A stretch of DNA of 64,000 nt from an uncultured Collinsella sp. (GTDB lineage: Bacteria; Actinomycetota; Coriobacteriia; Coriobacteriales; Coriobacteriaceae): assembly GCA_900542965.1 (NCBI GenBank), contig UQPY01000001.1:21484-85483 (forward strand), read 5' to 3'. A program made the translations under genes and the position numbers. Below are positions 18,959-29,278 of this stretch, piece after piece (within the stretch, counting starts at the first letter, position 1; every line of letters begins with the position of its first letter). Below the pieces are notes generated by a model. The model saw only the letters and a program-made list of their open reading frames with translations. It was not told where the DNA came from and did no database searches.

Positions 18959-19753
18959 TTAAGCCTCCTCGGTCTTGCTCAGACCACCAAACCTACGGTC
19001 ACGGCCCTGATAGGCCAAAATGGCGTCGACAAGGCCCCAACGATCAAAGTCGGGCCAATAGGTATCGGTGACGTAGAACTCGGAATAAGCCACCTGCCAC
19101 AGCAGATAGTTCGAAAGGCGCAGCTCACCAGAGGTGCGAATCACAAGCTCAGGATCGGGAAGACCGGCGGTATAGAGGTGGGAAGCCACCGTATCGTCAT
19201 CAATTGCAGCGGGATCGATCTTACCGGCGGCAGCGTCGAGTGCGATCTGACGGGCGGCGCGGGTGATCTCGGCACGGGCGCCATAGTTAACGGCCAGCGC
19301 CAGCGTCATGCCAGTATGGTCAGCGCACTCGGCAAGACCACGTTCAAAGACGTCACGCGTCTTTTTGGGCAGTGCGGAAATGTCACCCAAAAAGACAACA
19401 CGCACGTTCTCACGCTTGAGCAGGGGCAACTCATCGACAAATGTCTTGGCAAAGAGGTGCATCAAGACGTTGACCTCGTGCTGCGGGCGATTCCAGTTTT
19501 CGGTAGAAAACGCGTAGGCCGAAAGCACGTCGACGCCCAAGCGCACGCAGGCGGTAATGATCTCGCGCAGGGAGACGATGCCGGCCTTATGGCCCTCGGT
19601 GCGGGCAAGACCGCGTGACGTGGCCCAACGACCGTTGCCATCCATGATGCACGAGATATGGTGCGGAATGTTATTGAGGTCAAGGTCGGAAAAACCGACG
19701 CCCGCAGGGGCGTCGGCAAAGTACTCGACCAGTTTATGCTCGTCGTATTGCAC
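18959..19753 (-). CDS. uppS: Undecaprenyl/polyprenyl diphosphate synthase
   Basis: IMDGNGRWA, YAFSTENWNRP, IRTSGELRLSNYLLWQ. Confidence 0.97.
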   Translation of the reverse strand: MQYDEHKLVEYFADAPAGVGFSDLDLNNIPHHISCIMDGNGRWATSRGLARTEGHKAGIVSLREIITACVRLGVDVLSAYAFSTENWNRPQHEVNVLMHLFAKTFVDELPLLKRENVRVVFLGDISALPKKTRDVFERGLAECADHTGMTLALAVNYGARAEITRAARQIALDAAAGKIDPAAIDDDTVASHLYTAGLPDPELVIRTSGELRLSNYLLWQVAYSEFYVTDTYWPDFDRWGLVDAILAYQGRDRRFGGLSKTEEA

Positions 19754-19754
19754 C

Positions 19755-20291
19755 TTAGATCTCCATGACCTCGGCTTCTTTTTCCTTCAGAAGCTCCTCG
19801 ACCTTGGCAACATACTCGTCGGTATGCTTCTGGACCTTGGCCTGCTCGCGGCGGACATCGTCCTCGGTGAGCTCCTCGTCGCGCTCGAGCTTGTTGTTAA
19901 AGTCGCGACGGATGTTGCGGATGGAGACCTTGGCCTGCTCGGCGTACTCGCGGCACTCCTTGACGAGCTCGCGACGACGCTCCTCCGTGGGAGCCGGGAA
20001 AGGCAGACGCACGACGGTGCCATCGGAGTTAGGGGTAATGCCCAGGTCGGAGGCGCCGATGGCCTTGACGATAGCATTGATGAGCGCCTTGTCCCACGGC
20101 TCGATGAGCAGCATGTGGGCCTCGGGGGTCTTGACGGCGGCAACCTGCGTGACCGGCGTGGGAACACCGTAATAATCGACGGTGATGTCGGACAGAATGT
20201 TGGCATTGGCGCGGCCGGTACGAACCTTGGAGAAGTTATGCTTGAGGGACTCGAGCGACTTGTCCATATGGGCGGTGATGTTCTCTGCCAT
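19755..20291 (-). CDS. frr: Ribosome recycling factor
   Basis: VRTGRAN, VDYYG, PTEERRRELVK, IRNIRRD. Confidence 0.97.
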   Translation of the reverse strand: MAENITAHMDKSLESLKHNFSKVRTGRANANILSDITVDYYGVPTPVTQVAAVKTPEAHMLLIEPWDKALINAIVKAIGASDLGITPNSDGTVVRLPFPAPTEERRRELVKECREYAEQAKVSIRNIRRDFNNKLERDEELTEDDVRREQAKVQKHTDEYVAKVEELLKEKEAEVMEI

Positions 20292-20293
20292 GC

Positions 20294-21016
20294 TTAATCC
20301 TCCTGATAGACGAGCGTGCCGACGGGCTCACCCGAAAGCGCGCGCTTGACGGTGTCCTCGCCATCGATGTTGAGGACCAAAATCGGCATACGGTTGTCCT
20401 GGCACAGTGCCGTAGCCGTGGAATCCATAACCTGCAGACCGCGGACGAGAACCTCGTGATAGGTAATCTTGTCAAAACGGACGGCATCAGCGCACTTGAC
20501 GGGATCCTTATCGTAGATGCCGTCAACCTTGGTGGCTTTAATCAGAATCTCGGCGCCGATCTCACACGCACGAAGAGCCGCGGCGGTGTCGGTCGTAAAG
20601 TACGGATTGCCCGAACCGGCGGCAAAAATAACGACGTTGCCCTTGGAAAGGTGGTTGATGGCGCGACGGCGAATATAGGGCTCGCAGATCTCGTTCATCT
20701 GGATAGCGCTCATCACGCGGCAGGGAACATCATTATGCTCGAAGGCATCCTGCAGGGCGAGCGCGTTCATAACGGTTGCCAGCATGCCCATGTAGTCGGC
20801 CTGAGCACGCTCCATGCCACCGGCAGCGCCGGCCATGCCGCGGAAAATATTGCCGCCGCCGACAACGACGCCGACCTCATGACCAACGGCGAGCAGCTCC
20901 TTGACCTGCTTGGCAAGATGGTCGGTAACCTTGGGGTCGATGCCATATTGGCCGTCGCCCATCAGTGCTTCGCCAGAAAGCTTAAGAAGCACGCGTTTAT
21001 ATCGGATGTCGGACAA
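20294..21016 (-). CDS. pyrH: UMP kinase
   Basis: [38 protein letters not shown]. Confidence 0.98.
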   Translation of the reverse strand: MSDIRYKRVLLKLSGEALMGDGQYGIDPKVTDHLAKQVKELLAVGHEVGVVVGGGNIFRGMAGAAGGMERAQADYMGMLATVMNALALQDAFEHNDVPCRVMSAIQMNEICEPYIRRRAINHLSKGNVVIFAAGSGNPYFTTDTAAALRACEIGAEILIKATKVDGIYDKDPVKCADAVRFDKITYHEVLVRGLQVMDSTATALCQDNRMPILVLNIDGEDTVKRALSGEPVGTLVYQED

Positions 21017-21076
21017 AGCGATCCTCCTTTAGATTGAACTCTCAACATTCTATCAAAGGCTCTAAGAAGAGCCATG

Positions 21077-21112
21077 AAAAAGCAGGCTGTGAGTAAAACC
21101 CACAGCCTGCTC
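21077..21112 (-). terminator. Intrinsic terminator after tsf
   Basis: Minus strand AGCAGGCTGTGGG-TTTTA-CTCACAGCCTGCTTTTT. Confidence 0.85.
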
Positions 21113-21134
21113 ATTACCAGCTACAAGAGCTTAT

Positions 21135-22004
21135 TTACTCGCCACGGACCAGACGGTCAAAGGCAACGACGGTAATGGTGTCGCCGAGCTCCTTGGAGAC
21201 CTGCTCAGCGTACTTCTTGATAGTGAGGGAGCTGTCCTTGATGAACTCCTGCTCGGTGAGCACGGACTGCTTGTAGAACTTCTCCAGACGGCCGACAGCC
21301 ATCTTCTCCTGAATGGCCTCGGGCTTGCCGGACTCGGCAGCCTGAGCCATGTAGATCTGCTTCTCGTGCTCGACGGTCTCGGCCGGAACCTGATCGCGGG
21401 TAGCGCAGATCGGGGCGACGGCGGCAACCTGAAGGGCAACGTCGTGAGCGAAGGTCTTGAAGGACTCAGCCTGAGCGGTCTCGGCCTTCTCGAAAGCAAA
21501 CTCGACGAGGACGCCGATCTTACCACCCATGTGGATGTAAGAAGCAAGCGCGCCGTTCTCAGCCTTGCGGGCAGCGAAGCGGGAGATCTTCATGTTCTCG
21601 CCCATGATGTGAATCATCTCGGTGAGCTCGGAGGAAACAGTCTCCTCGCCCATCGGCTTCTCGAGCAGAGCGTCGACGTCAGCAGGCTCGGTGGTAGCGA
21701 CAACCTCAGCGACCTTGGAAGCAAAGCCGGTGAACTTGGCGTTGGAGCCAACGAAGTCGGTCTCGCAGGAGAGCTCGAGCAGAGCGCCGGTCTTGCCATC
21801 CTCGGAGACGAACGCGGCGACAGCGCCCTCGTTGGTCTCACGGCCAGCCTTCTTGGCAGCCTTGGCGAGGCCATTTTTGCGCAGAACGTCGACAGCAGCG
21901 TCCATGTCGCCGTCAGCCTCAACGAGAGCCTTCTTGCACTCCATCATCGGGGAGTCGGTCATCTCGCGGAGCTGCTTGACCATAGCGGCGGTAATCTGGG
22001 CCAT
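21135..22004 (-). CDS. tsf: Elongation factor Ts
   Basis: VKQLREMT...MMECKKAL, ELSCETDFV. Confidence 0.98.
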   Translation of the reverse strand: MAQITAAMVKQLREMTDSPMMECKKALVEADGDMDAAVDVLRKNGLAKAAKKAGRETNEGAVAAFVSEDGKTGALLELSCETDFVGSNAKFTGFASKVAEVVATTEPADVDALLEKPMGEETVSSELTEMIHIMGENMKISRFAARKAENGALASYIHMGGKIGVLVEFAFEKAETAQAESFKTFAHDVALQVAAVAPICATRDQVPAETVEHEKQIYMAQAAESGKPEAIQEKMAVGRLEKFYKQSVLTEQEFIKDSSLTIKKYAEQVSKELGDTITVVAFDRLVRGE

Positions 22005-22049
22005 TGTGGTTCCTTTCAAAGAGATGAAAAAGAATTAACTAAGACTGAT

Positions 22050-22778
22050 TTACTCGGCCTTGGGCTCAGCGGCCATCTCGGCCTCGGAGACCTGCTCCTT
22101 GCCGGAGCCAGCGAGGCAGGCGTCAGCCATGAGCTCGCACATAAGGGTGACAGCGGAGATAGCGTCATCGTTGCAGGGGATGCCGTACTCGACCTCGTCG
22201 GGATCGGAGTTGGTGTCGATCAGAGCGACGACGGGGATGTTCAGGCGCTGAGCCTCCTTGATGGCGTTCTCCTCGCGCTTGGTGTCGATGACGAAGAGAG
22301 CCTGGGGCAGACCCTTCATGTCGCGAGCGCCACCGAGGTTGGTCTGGAGCTTGGTGAGCTCCTTGCCGAGAACAGCCTGCTCCTTCTTGGGCAGAACAGC
22401 CATGCGGCCGTCCTCGACCATGGCCTCGAGCTCCTCCATGCGGTTGATGCGGGAGCGGATGGTGACAAAGTTGGTCAGCATACCGCCGAGCCAACGCTGG
22501 TTGATGTAGGGCATGTTGGCGCGCTCAGCAGCGTTCTTGACGGCCTCCTGAGCCTGCTTCTTGGTGCCGACGAACAGCACGTTGCCACCCTTGGCGACGT
22601 TCTTGACGAAGGTGTAGGCCTGGTCGGCGTCGAGGATGGTCTGCTTGAGGTCGAGGATGTAGATGCCGTTGCGCTCACCGAAGATGAACGGCTTCATCTT
22701 AGGGTTCCAGCGACGGGTCTGGTGACCGAAGTGGCAGCCGGCCTCGAGCAGGGTGCGGATATTAATCTTGGTAGCCAT
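22050..22778 (-). CDS. rpsB: 30S ribosomal protein S2
   Basis: [36 protein letters not shown]. Confidence 0.99.
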   Translation of the reverse strand: MATKINIRTLLEAGCHFGHQTRRWNPKMKPFIFGERNGIYILDLKQTILDADQAYTFVKNVAKGGNVLFVGTKKQAQEAVKNAAERANMPYINQRWLGGMLTNFVTIRSRINRMEELEAMVEDGRMAVLPKKEQAVLGKELTKLQTNLGGARDMKGLPQALFVIDTKREENAIKEAQRLNIPVVALIDTNSDPDEVEYGIPCNDDAISAVTLMCELMADACLAGSGKEQVSEAEMAAEPKAE

Positions 22779-22792
22779 GTTAAACCTCCTGT

Positions 22793-22887
22793 GGTTTGCC
22801 TCCGCGCGGGGTCATCCTCCAAAACCAACCCGGACATGTGCTACCAAAGCCCGGGCACCACGGTATGAAGTAGCCGCGCGTGCGTGA
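22793..22887 (-). ncRNA. rpsB 5' leader (S2 autoregulatory / t44-like element)
   Basis: CACGCACGCGCGG...GGTGCC...CCGCGCGGAGGCAAACC resembles the conserved S2-leader pattern; lies directly before the rpsB RBS. Confidence 0.7.
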
Positions 22888-22997
22888 TAAAAACATGTTG
22901 CCGTGAAGCAACCCGATGAATGATAGCAGGAATGCTTCTTCCTGCCAACCCGCAATCAAAACCACACACCTCGGTGCGGCGCGGGACGTCCCAACCA

Positions 22998-23918
22998 CTA
23001 TTCGCCGCGGGGATGGGCTTGAGCCACGGCACGTTTGAGCCGATCGGGTGTGAGATGTGTGTAAATCTGCGTCGTGGACAGGCTCGCATGGCCCAGCAGC
23101 TCTTGAACCGAGCGCAGGTCCGCACCGCCCTCGAGCAAGTCGGTCGCAAAGGTATGGCGCATCGCATGCGGGGCGATGTCGGCCGGAATGCCGGCGAGCG
23201 TCGCCAGCGTATGGAACCGCCGCCTGAGCATGGCGGCACTCATGCGATTGCCGCGCGCCGATATAAGCAGCGGATGCGGCCCGGTAGCGGGGTCACGGCG
23301 CTTTGCCTGAGCGAGCAACTCCGGCCTCCCCTCCTCAATATAGAGACGCGTCGCCTCGAGTGCGCGACGATACAGAGGGACAATACGTTCTTTGCTCCCC
23401 TTGCCCCAAAGTCGCAGCGTTCGCTCGGACCAACCAATAGACTCCACGTTGAGCGCCGCGAGCTCCGAGATTCGCGCGCCGGAGGCATAGAGCAACTCAA
23501 GCATCGCCGCATCGCGCAGTCCCGCGGGCGTCGAGGTATCAGGCGTCTTGAGCAGCGCCTCAACCTGCTGGGTCGTAAGGACGCCCGGCAGGTCACGTGG
23601 CAGCTTGGGCGATGCGATCGCCGAGACCGCATCGCCCTCGACAATCCCCTCGGCAGCCATCCAGCGATAGAGAGATCGAATAGCCGACAGGTGCGCCGCA
23701 AGCGTTCGGGGAGCCACCTGCTCACGCGAAAGCTCGGCAAGATAGCGACGAATGGTGCGCACGTCGGCAGCGAAAGCATCAATATTCTCGCGCTCGCACC
23801 AGACAGCAAAGCGCTCCAGCCTCGAGCCATAGGCCGTCACCGTGTTGGGAGAAAGTCCCTCAACACGTGCGATATAGGCGATAAACGAGTCGACGGTGTC
23901 GTACAGGTCAAAGGCTAT
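22998..23918 (-). CDS. xerC: Tyrosine recombinase XerC/XerD family
   Basis: LRDAAMLELLYASGARISEL, GKGSKER, PHAMRHTFAT, LLGHASLSTTQIYTH. The frame stays open upstream of the ORF-track start (FIAYIARVEGLSPNTVTAY) to an ATA 9 nt after GGAGG. Confidence 0.88.
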   Translation of the reverse strand: MAFDLYDTVDSFIAYIARVEGLSPNTVTAYGSRLERFAVWCERENIDAFAADVRTIRRYLAELSREQVAPRTLAAHLSAIRSLYRWMAAEGIVEGDAVSAIASPKLPRDLPGVLTTQQVEALLKTPDTSTPAGLRDAAMLELLYASGARISELAALNVESIGWSERTLRLWGKGSKERIVPLYRRALEATRLYIEEGRPELLAQAKRRDPATGPHPLLISARGNRMSAAMLRRRFHTLATLAGIPADIAPHAMRHTFATDLLEGGADLRSVQELLGHASLSTTQIYTHLTPDRLKRAVAQAHPRGE

Positions 23919-25252
23919 GACCGGTCGCCTCCAAACAAGTCGGAGCGCGTGGCCAAGTAGGCATCAAGGGCCTCGAGGGCGCGATCCGCATAAGCCTGAT
24001 AGCGGTCGCGTTTGCTGCGGCGCTTACCATCCTCGAGTGGCGGCACCAGGCCAAAGTTGACATGCATAGGCTGATAGCCCACGGTGGCAGGATCGGTCGC
24101 ATAGCCCACGAGCGCACCCAGGGCGCCCACACGCGGCAACTCGACGCCCGCGGCACCGATAGCCTCGGCATAGGTGTTGAGCGCCGCGAGCAGACCTGTC
24201 GCCACGGCTTCCATGTACCCCTCGGTGCCGGTGATCTGACCGGCCAGACGCACGCCGGTACCGGGCACGGCAAAGGTGCTATCGAGCACGTGAGGGGCGT
24301 CGACAAAGGTATTGCGGTGCATGACACCGTAGCGGAAGAACTCAGCGTTCTCCAGGCCCGGCACCATATGGAAGACGCGCTTCTGCTCGCCAAAGGTCAA
24401 GTTGGTCTGGAAGCCCACCAGGTTATAGGCGGTCTTCTCCTTGTTCTCGGCACGCAGCTGAATCGCCGCCCAGGGGCGACGTCCGGTACGCGGGTCGGTG
24501 AGGCCGACGGGCTTCATGGCGCCAAAGCGAATGGCGTCCTTGCCGGTGCGCGCAACTTCCTCGGCAGGCTGGCAGGCTTGGAACAGATCGCCGCCCTCAA
24601 AGTCTTTGAGCACCACGCGGTCGGCCGTGGTAAGCGCCTCGATAAAGGCCTCGTACTCCTCCTTGTTGAGCGGAGCGTTGAGATAGTCGCCGCTCCCCTG
24701 CTCCTCGTAGCGCGACTGCGAGAACAGCACGTCCACATCGAGCGTGGAGGCATCGACGATCGGCGCCGCCGCATCAAAGAATGCCAGGGCATCGCCACCG
24801 ACGAGCTTCATAACCTCTTCGCTCAGCGCCGGTGAACACAGCGGACCCGCGGCAATGACCACGTGACCCTCGGGAATCTGCGTGACCTCGCCGTGCACGA
24901 CCTCGATATTGGGACGAGCGGCAACCTCGGCCTCGACAAGCTCGGAAAACTTGACGCGGTCGACCGCCAAGGCGCCACCGGCGGGAACAGCCGCGCGATG
25001 GGCGCAATCGAGCAGGACTGAACCCATGCGCTCAAGCTCGGCCTTCAGCAAACCAGCCGCGGAATCCGGACGGGTCGACTTAAACGAATTGGAGCAGACG
25101 AGCTCTGCCAGGTGATCGGTATGGTGGGCCGGGGAGCTCACCTGGGGGCGCATCTCGCACAGCTTTACGGCAAACCCGCGATCTGCCAGCTGGATCGCGC
25201 ACTCCGAACCCGCCAGACCGCCACCGATAACCGTCACCTGATCGAACTGCAT
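23915..25252 (-). CDS. trmFO: Folate/FAD-dependent tRNA (uracil-54) methyltransferase
   Basis: GGGLAGSE, ELVCSNS, GAMKPVGL, VGFQTNL, RYGVMHRN, GQITGTEGY. Confidence 0.96.
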   Translation of the reverse strand: MQFDQVTVIGGGLAGSECAIQLADRGFAVKLCEMRPQVSSPAHHTDHLAELVCSNSFKSTRPDSAAGLLKAELERMGSVLLDCAHRAAVPAGGALAVDRVKFSELVEAEVAARPNIEVVHGEVTQIPEGHVVIAAGPLCSPALSEEVMKLVGGDALAFFDAAAPIVDASTLDVDVLFSQSRYEEQGSGDYLNAPLNKEEYEAFIEALTTADRVVLKDFEGGDLFQACQPAEEVARTGKDAIRFGAMKPVGLTDPRTGRRPWAAIQLRAENKEKTAYNLVGFQTNLTFGEQKRVFHMVPGLENAEFFRYGVMHRNTFVDAPHVLDSTFAVPGTGVRLAGQITGTEGYMEAVATGLLAALNTYAEAIGAAGVELPRVGALGALVGYATDPATVGYQPMHVNFGLVPPLEDGKRRSKRDRYQAYADRALEALDAYLATRSDLFGGDRS

Positions 25253-25266
25253 CTGTAAACACCTTT

Positions 25267-26202
25267 CTAATTGACACGTTTTCCATTGTGACCGAAGGGT
25301 GTCTGGGCGTGAAGGGCAAACTTGGAGGGCGCATACCTTCCATCCATCATGCGCTCGATAAGGCCCTCGAGTTCAAGCGAACCCAAGAGTTTGAGTACGC
25401 CGACAGCATCGAGCGAGACGAGCGCCGCGATGTCGTCGACCTTGAGCGGAGAGGCGATGAGCGCATGCATCACGGTCTGCTGCGTTGGATCCAGGTCGGC
25501 AATGCCGGGAGCATCGGGGCGCGAGTAGCGCAGGGTTCCGTAGATGCGTGAGATAGCCATCTCGATAGATTCCTCGTCGACGATGCAGCAGGCACCGTTC
25601 GCAATGAGGTAATTCGTGCCACGCGACTCGGGCGATAGGATCGACCCCGGCACGGCAAGAAGTTCGCGCCCCAAATCCATAGCAGCCTCGGCTGTAGAAA
25701 ACGTCCCAGAAGGCATACCCGCCTCGGATACAAAGAGGGCTTGCGACAGGGCCGCGATCACGCGATTGCGGCGCGGAAAGGCAAACTTGCGCGGACCCAT
25801 GCCCCACGGAGAGATCGACACGACCGCGCCACCCGTATCGAGCGTGCGCGTAATAAGCCCCGCGCTCGAACGCGGGTAGACCACGTCGGCGCCCGTCCCC
25901 AGCACCACGACGTGTTTGCCGCCGGCGTTGACCGCAGCCCAACCCGAGGCCTGGTCACAACCGACCGCGCCGCCCGAAACAACCGTCACTCCCGCCTCGA
26001 CTGCCACCTTCGCCGCAAGCTCTGCCACGGCAAGACCATACGGCGAGGCCTTGCGCGCGCCGATGACGGAGAGCGCGGGCGTCGAAAGCACCTCGGGGTT
26101 GCCGCGCACATAGAGCGTCTGGGGTACATCAGATAGCTCCAAAACGCTCTCGGGATACAACGCATCACCTGGATGCAGCTCGAAGGTCCCCTCAGCTATC
26201 AT
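25267..26202 (-). CDS. dprA: DNA-processing protein DprA
   Basis: IGARKASPYG, VSGGAVGCD, FPRRNRVIAAL, SGTFST, VPGSI, C-terminal wHTH (LELEGLI). Confidence 0.95.
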   Translation of the reverse strand: MIAEGTFELHPGDALYPESVLELSDVPQTLYVRGNPEVLSTPALSVIGARKASPYGLAVAELAAKVAVEAGVTVVSGGAVGCDQASGWAAVNAGGKHVVVLGTGADVVYPRSSAGLITRTLDTGGAVVSISPWGMGPRKFAFPRRNRVIAALSQALFVSEAGMPSGTFSTAEAAMDLGRELLAVPGSILSPESRGTNYLIANGACCIVDEESIEMAISRIYGTLRYSRPDAPGIADLDPTQQTVMHALIASPLKVDDIAALVSLDAVGVLKLLGSLELEGLIERMMDGRYAPSKFALHAQTPFGHNGKRVN

Positions 26203-27722
26203 TGGTCCCTCCTTCCCTGGTACATCGCCGCCTCGAGCACGTGGTCCTGCGTCACTTGCTCGCTCTCGGCGACGTCAGCGATTGTACGCGCGATACGCAC
26301 CAGGCGTACGATGCCGCGGCCCGTGAGATGCGTGCGTTTGGACAGGCCGAGTACACACTTCTCCGCCGCATCATCGAGCTCAAAGGTCGAAACGACGCCG
26401 TCAATGGACCGTGTCTCGTCATCCTCGGCCTCGGCATCCGCATCGTCCATACGGGACTCGCGCCAGGCGCGAAAGGCGCGACCGCGTACAACATAGTCAC
26501 GTAACTCGGCCGACGACATACCCTCCGCGCCCTCGATAATCACTTGAGGGTCGGGACGGGTCACATCGATCATCATGTCGATACGGTCGGCCAAGGGACC
26601 GCGCAGTTTAGACCGATAGCGCTCGACCATCGCCGCCGAGCAGCGACACGGTACCTCGCGATCGCCCAAAAAGCCGCAGGGGCAGGGATTGCTCGCAGCC
26701 AGCAGCTGAAAGCGCGACGGGAAGGTAAAAGCCCCGTCGACGCGTACGATCCTCACGTAGCCGCGCTCGATGGGCTGACGCAGCGTCTGCAGCACGCCAG
26801 TGGGAAACTCGGCAAGCTCGTCCAAAAAGAGCACGCCGCCATGAGCAAGGCTGATCTCACCCGGGTGCACCGGGCGCCCGCCGCCGATAAGGCCTGCGGT
26901 CGAAATACTGTGGTGGGGACTGCGGAAGGGGCGATGCCCCGCCAACAAGCCATCAATGTTCTCACCCAAAACCGAATGGATGCACAGTGCCTCCTGCTGA
27001 TCCTCAACGGAAAGCTCGGGCAGGATGCCGGTCATACGGCGAGCGAGCATCGTCTTGCCCGATCCCGGAGACCCGATCATGAGCAAGCCGAGTTCTCCTG
27101 CCGCCGCAAGCGCCATGCCGCGTTTAGCGACTTCCTGCCCCAGCACGTCGGCATAGTCGAGCTCAGGCTCAAAGGTCGCCTCGACGCTCTCGGAATCCAG
27201 ATAGTGCCGAGCCGCCTCGCCCATGCCATGGGCAAGCTGAGACAGATGATCGATAAAGCCGCAATCCACGCCCGCGAGTGGCACATGCTGGTCGGACCTG
27301 CCGGCGATAAAAGACAGCCCCATGTCGCGAGCCAATAGCTGAAACGCCACCTCGCCCTTGACAGGAAGCACCGTACCGTCCAAGCCGAGCTCGCCGGCGA
27401 TAAGGCAGCAATCGAGGTTGTCACGGGGAATCTGTCCATCGGCCGCTAGAACCGCGATGGCGATGGGCAGATCAAAGCCGCTACCGGTCTTGCGAATATC
27501 GCCGGGCGCCAGGTTGACCGTAATGCCCGAGCGTGGGATCTCGAACCCGGCGGAGCGCATCGCGCAGCGAATACGACCGCGTGACTCCATCACCTCCATA
27601 CTCGGAATACCGAGCATCTGAATGCCCGGAACGCCACCGGCAAGCGAGACCTCGACCGTGACGGGAATCGCCTCGACGCCGCGGATGCAGGCCGCGTGAA
27701 CGGCAAACGTCTCGAACGCCAT
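26199..27722 (-). CDS. comM: YifB/ComM Mg-chelatase-like AAA+ ATPase
   Basis: ITVNLAPGDIRKTGSGFDLPIA, GSPGSGKTM, PFRSPHH, GVLFLDE, NPCPCG. Confidence 0.94.
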   Translation of the reverse strand: MAFETFAVHAACIRGVEAIPVTVEVSLAGGVPGIQMLGIPSMEVMESRGRIRCAMRSAGFEIPRSGITVNLAPGDIRKTGSGFDLPIAIAVLAADGQIPRDNLDCCLIAGELGLDGTVLPVKGEVAFQLLARDMGLSFIAGRSDQHVPLAGVDCGFIDHLSQLAHGMGEAARHYLDSESVEATFEPELDYADVLGQEVAKRGMALAAAGELGLLMIGSPGSGKTMLARRMTGILPELSVEDQQEALCIHSVLGENIDGLLAGHRPFRSPHHSISTAGLIGGGRPVHPGEISLAHGGVLFLDELAEFPTGVLQTLRQPIERGYVRIVRVDGAFTFPSRFQLLAASNPCPCGFLGDREVPCRCSAAMVERYRSKLRGPLADRIDMMIDVTRPDPQVIIEGAEGMSSAELRDYVVRGRAFRAWRESRMDDADAEAEDDETRSIDGVVSTFELDDAAEKCVLGLSKRTHLTGRGIVRLVRIARTIADVAESEQVTQDHVLEAAMYQGRRDQ

Positions 27723-28207
27723 CACGACACCTGCCAATCGAACGCGTTGTACTGATGCTCGATCTCGGCGATATGCCCGCCGCGGATGGTGACACCCACG
27801 GCATCGAAGCGAATCGCCTTGAGCGGATAATGCTCCATGAGATAGCAACTTGCGATGCGGCGGTAGCGGCGTTGCTTTTGGGCGTCCACGGCCTCCTCCG
27901 GAAAGACCCTCGTGCTGCAATCCAGTGCAACGCGTCTGGTCTTGACCTCGGCCATTACCACGACATCGTCGAGCTCATCGAGCAGCACCAGGTCGGCCTC
28001 GCCCTCGGTGCAACGATAGCCCTGCTCCAGCAAGGTGTAGCCGCGCTCGTTAAAGTAGTCGATGGTGATCAGCTCGCCAAGCATGCCCAGCTCGCGGGGA
28101 CTGAGTCCCTTGATAAACTCGGGCGTCATCGCCCCGCAGTCGAGCTCGCCGTTTTCCCAACGCTCCTTGAGCTGCTGCGTCTTACTCTTTTTGCTTGCGG
28201 CACTCAT
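27722..28207 (-). CDS. yraN: YraN/UPF0102 family putative endonuclease
   Basis: LGMLGE, GEADLV, AEVKTR, EAVDAQKQRR, IRFDAV; adjacent to comM. Confidence 0.88.
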   Translation of the reverse strand: MSAASKKSKTQQLKERWENGELDCGAMTPEFIKGLSPRELGMLGELITIDYFNERGYTLLEQGYRCTEGEADLVLLDELDDVVVMAEVKTRRVALDCSTRVFPEEAVDAQKQRRYRRIASCYLMEHYPLKAIRFDAVGVTIRGGHIAEIEHQYNAFDWQVS

Positions 28208-28305
28208 GGGGTCTCCTTTCCCGCACGCTGCATTGCCCCGATGATGAGGGCACCTTTCATGCGGGTAAGTACAGGAAGCAAACCAAAAGCTGACCAAATG
28301 CCGTC

Positions 28306-28346
28306 AAAAAAAGGACCGTACGCAGCAATGGTGCTGTATACGGCCC
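28306..28346 (-). terminator. Intrinsic terminator after rnhB
   Basis: Minus strand GGGCCGTATACAGCA..TGCTGCGTACGGTCC-TTTTTTT. Confidence 0.8.
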
Positions 28347-28396
28347 GCTACCAGCAGGTTTATAAAACGTCAGAGGTCCCTGTCTCCACAATTAGC

Positions 28397-29185
28397 CTAG
28401 AAAAGGCGCTCAGTCTGCAGAAAGTTTCCGCAAAAGCTCACGCGGTGCAGTGGACAAAGTCCATGTTTGCGAATGGCCTCGATATGCTCGGGGCTTGCAT
28501 AGCCCTTCGACTCGGCCAGATGGTACTCGGGATACTCGGCGTCGTACTCGACCATCATCTCGTCACGCGTGACCTTAGCCATGATGGACGCCGCGGCGAT
28601 GCAGGCGATCTTGGCATCGCCCTTCACCACATCGCGCTCGTTAGGAACAGCGCCCAAGGGGTTGCCATCCATAAGCACGCAATCGGGCTCGAGCCCCGTA
28701 TCGGCCACAGCGCCCGCAACGGCGGTACGGATAGCACGGGCCATGCCCATCTCATCGATATCCTTAGGCGCGATATGGCAAAAACCGATCGCCGTCGCCA
28801 CCTCGGCAATCTTCACTGAGAGCAACTCGCGGCGCGCCGGCGTGAGCTTTTTGGAATCGTTGATGCCCCAGACGCGCGGCTCCATAGGAAGGCAGACAGC
28901 GCATACCGTCAAAGGACCGGCCACCGATCCGCGACCCACCTCGTCGACACCAACGACCACCCCATCGCCGCCAAGCTCATGCATAAGCTCGTACATGTCA
29001 TTGACGCGTTCGCGCTCGGCAAGCTCTTTGGCATGGCGTTTGAGAGCGCGTTCGCAAGCCTTGATCACCTGCTGGCGCGGGTCCTCGCGATAATGCTCCA
29101 CGAGGGCGGGAATCTCCTCAAACGTTGCGCTCGCCAACTCACCGGCAACCTGCGATGCCGAAACCGAGCTCGTCATGTTGGCCAT
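28397..29185 (-). CDS. rnhB: Ribonuclease HII
   Basis: GVDEVGRG, INDSKKL, KGDAKIACIAAASIMAKVTRD, KGY. Confidence 0.96.
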   Translation of the reverse strand: MANMTSSVSASQVAGELASATFEEIPALVEHYREDPRQQVIKACERALKRHAKELAERERVNDMYELMHELGGDGVVVGVDEVGRGSVAGPLTVCAVCLPMEPRVWGINDSKKLTPARRELLSVKIAEVATAIGFCHIAPKDIDEMGMARAIRTAVAGAVADTGLEPDCVLMDGNPLGAVPNERDVVKGDAKIACIAAASIMAKVTRDEMMVEYDAEYPEYHLAESKGYASPEHIEAIRKHGLCPLHRVSFCGNFLQTERLF

Positions 29186-29214
29186 ACCAGGCCCTCCTTG
29201 CATGCAAATCAGAT

Positions 29215-29244
29215 AAAAAGAAGGGCCACCCGAAGGTGACCCTT
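29215..29244 (-). terminator. Intrinsic terminator after rplS
   Basis: Minus strand AAGGGTCACC-TTCG-GGTGGCCCTT-CTTTTT. Confidence 0.85.
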
Positions 29245-29278
29245 GTGTCCAAACGAGTGGACAGACGCTGCGATCTTC

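Noticed and set aside
22998..23918. Phage or island integrase
   Set aside because: The trmFO-xerC-rpsB housekeeping context, ~300-aa length and lack of att repeats or cargo indicate a chromosomal Xer recombinase.
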